Below, in pieces: positions 38,790 to 40,991 of a stretch of 40,991 nt of DNA. The first letter of the stretch is position 1. Each line of letters begins with the position of its first letter. The notes beneath the pieces were generated by a model. The model did not search any database and was not told where the DNA came from. It saw only the letters and a list, made by a program, of their open reading frames with translations. The translations under genes were made by a program, and so were the position numbers. The stretch lies in sequence record DRR723986_14697; one strand, 5' to 3'.

Positions 38790-40991
<2,202 letters not shown>

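Overview
A 41-kb stretch of a Bacteroidota chromosome, most likely Cytophagales/Cyclobacteriaceae (Algoriphagus-like). This is inferred from SusC/SusD, a T9SS type-B CTD protein, TAnnTTTG promoters and gene style. It is mostly core genome. Left to right: SDR oxidoreductase, hslU, lon, a beta-barrel hypothetical, rseP-dxr, an HtrA/DegQ protease, a TBDR-DUF4249-hypothetical triad, an orphan susC-susD pair, an orphan HI0074-type HEPN gene, dnaA, methylmalonyl-CoA mutase small and large subunits, an Xre-RES toxin-antitoxin pair, a lipoprotein cellobiose 2-epimerase-like enzyme, a DAGK-like/DUF389 fusion, a Dph6/DUF71 ATPase, an M28 peptidase, an NTF2-like protein, a TIMP-like/TonB_C-like hypothetical, MarR-FNR-ferredoxin, rarA and a truncated T9SS cargo adhesin. 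I saw no rRNA, tRNA, CRISPR array, transposase or prophage, and I cannot show an unambiguous new multi-gene system. The best leads are: (i) a catalytically degenerate HEPN with no partner, next to dnaA; (ii) a secreted TIMP-like (Cys1-X-Cys3) protein with a TonB_C-like tail, two genes from a Zn-peptidase; (iii) a sigma54-like promoter plus TGNCA-N3-TGNCA repeats at lon; (iv) the enzyme-less SusCD plus TBDR/DUF4249 uptake locus with a candidate operator; (v) DnaA boxes upstream of dnaA. All family calls come from motif recognition by eye; no database searches were run.
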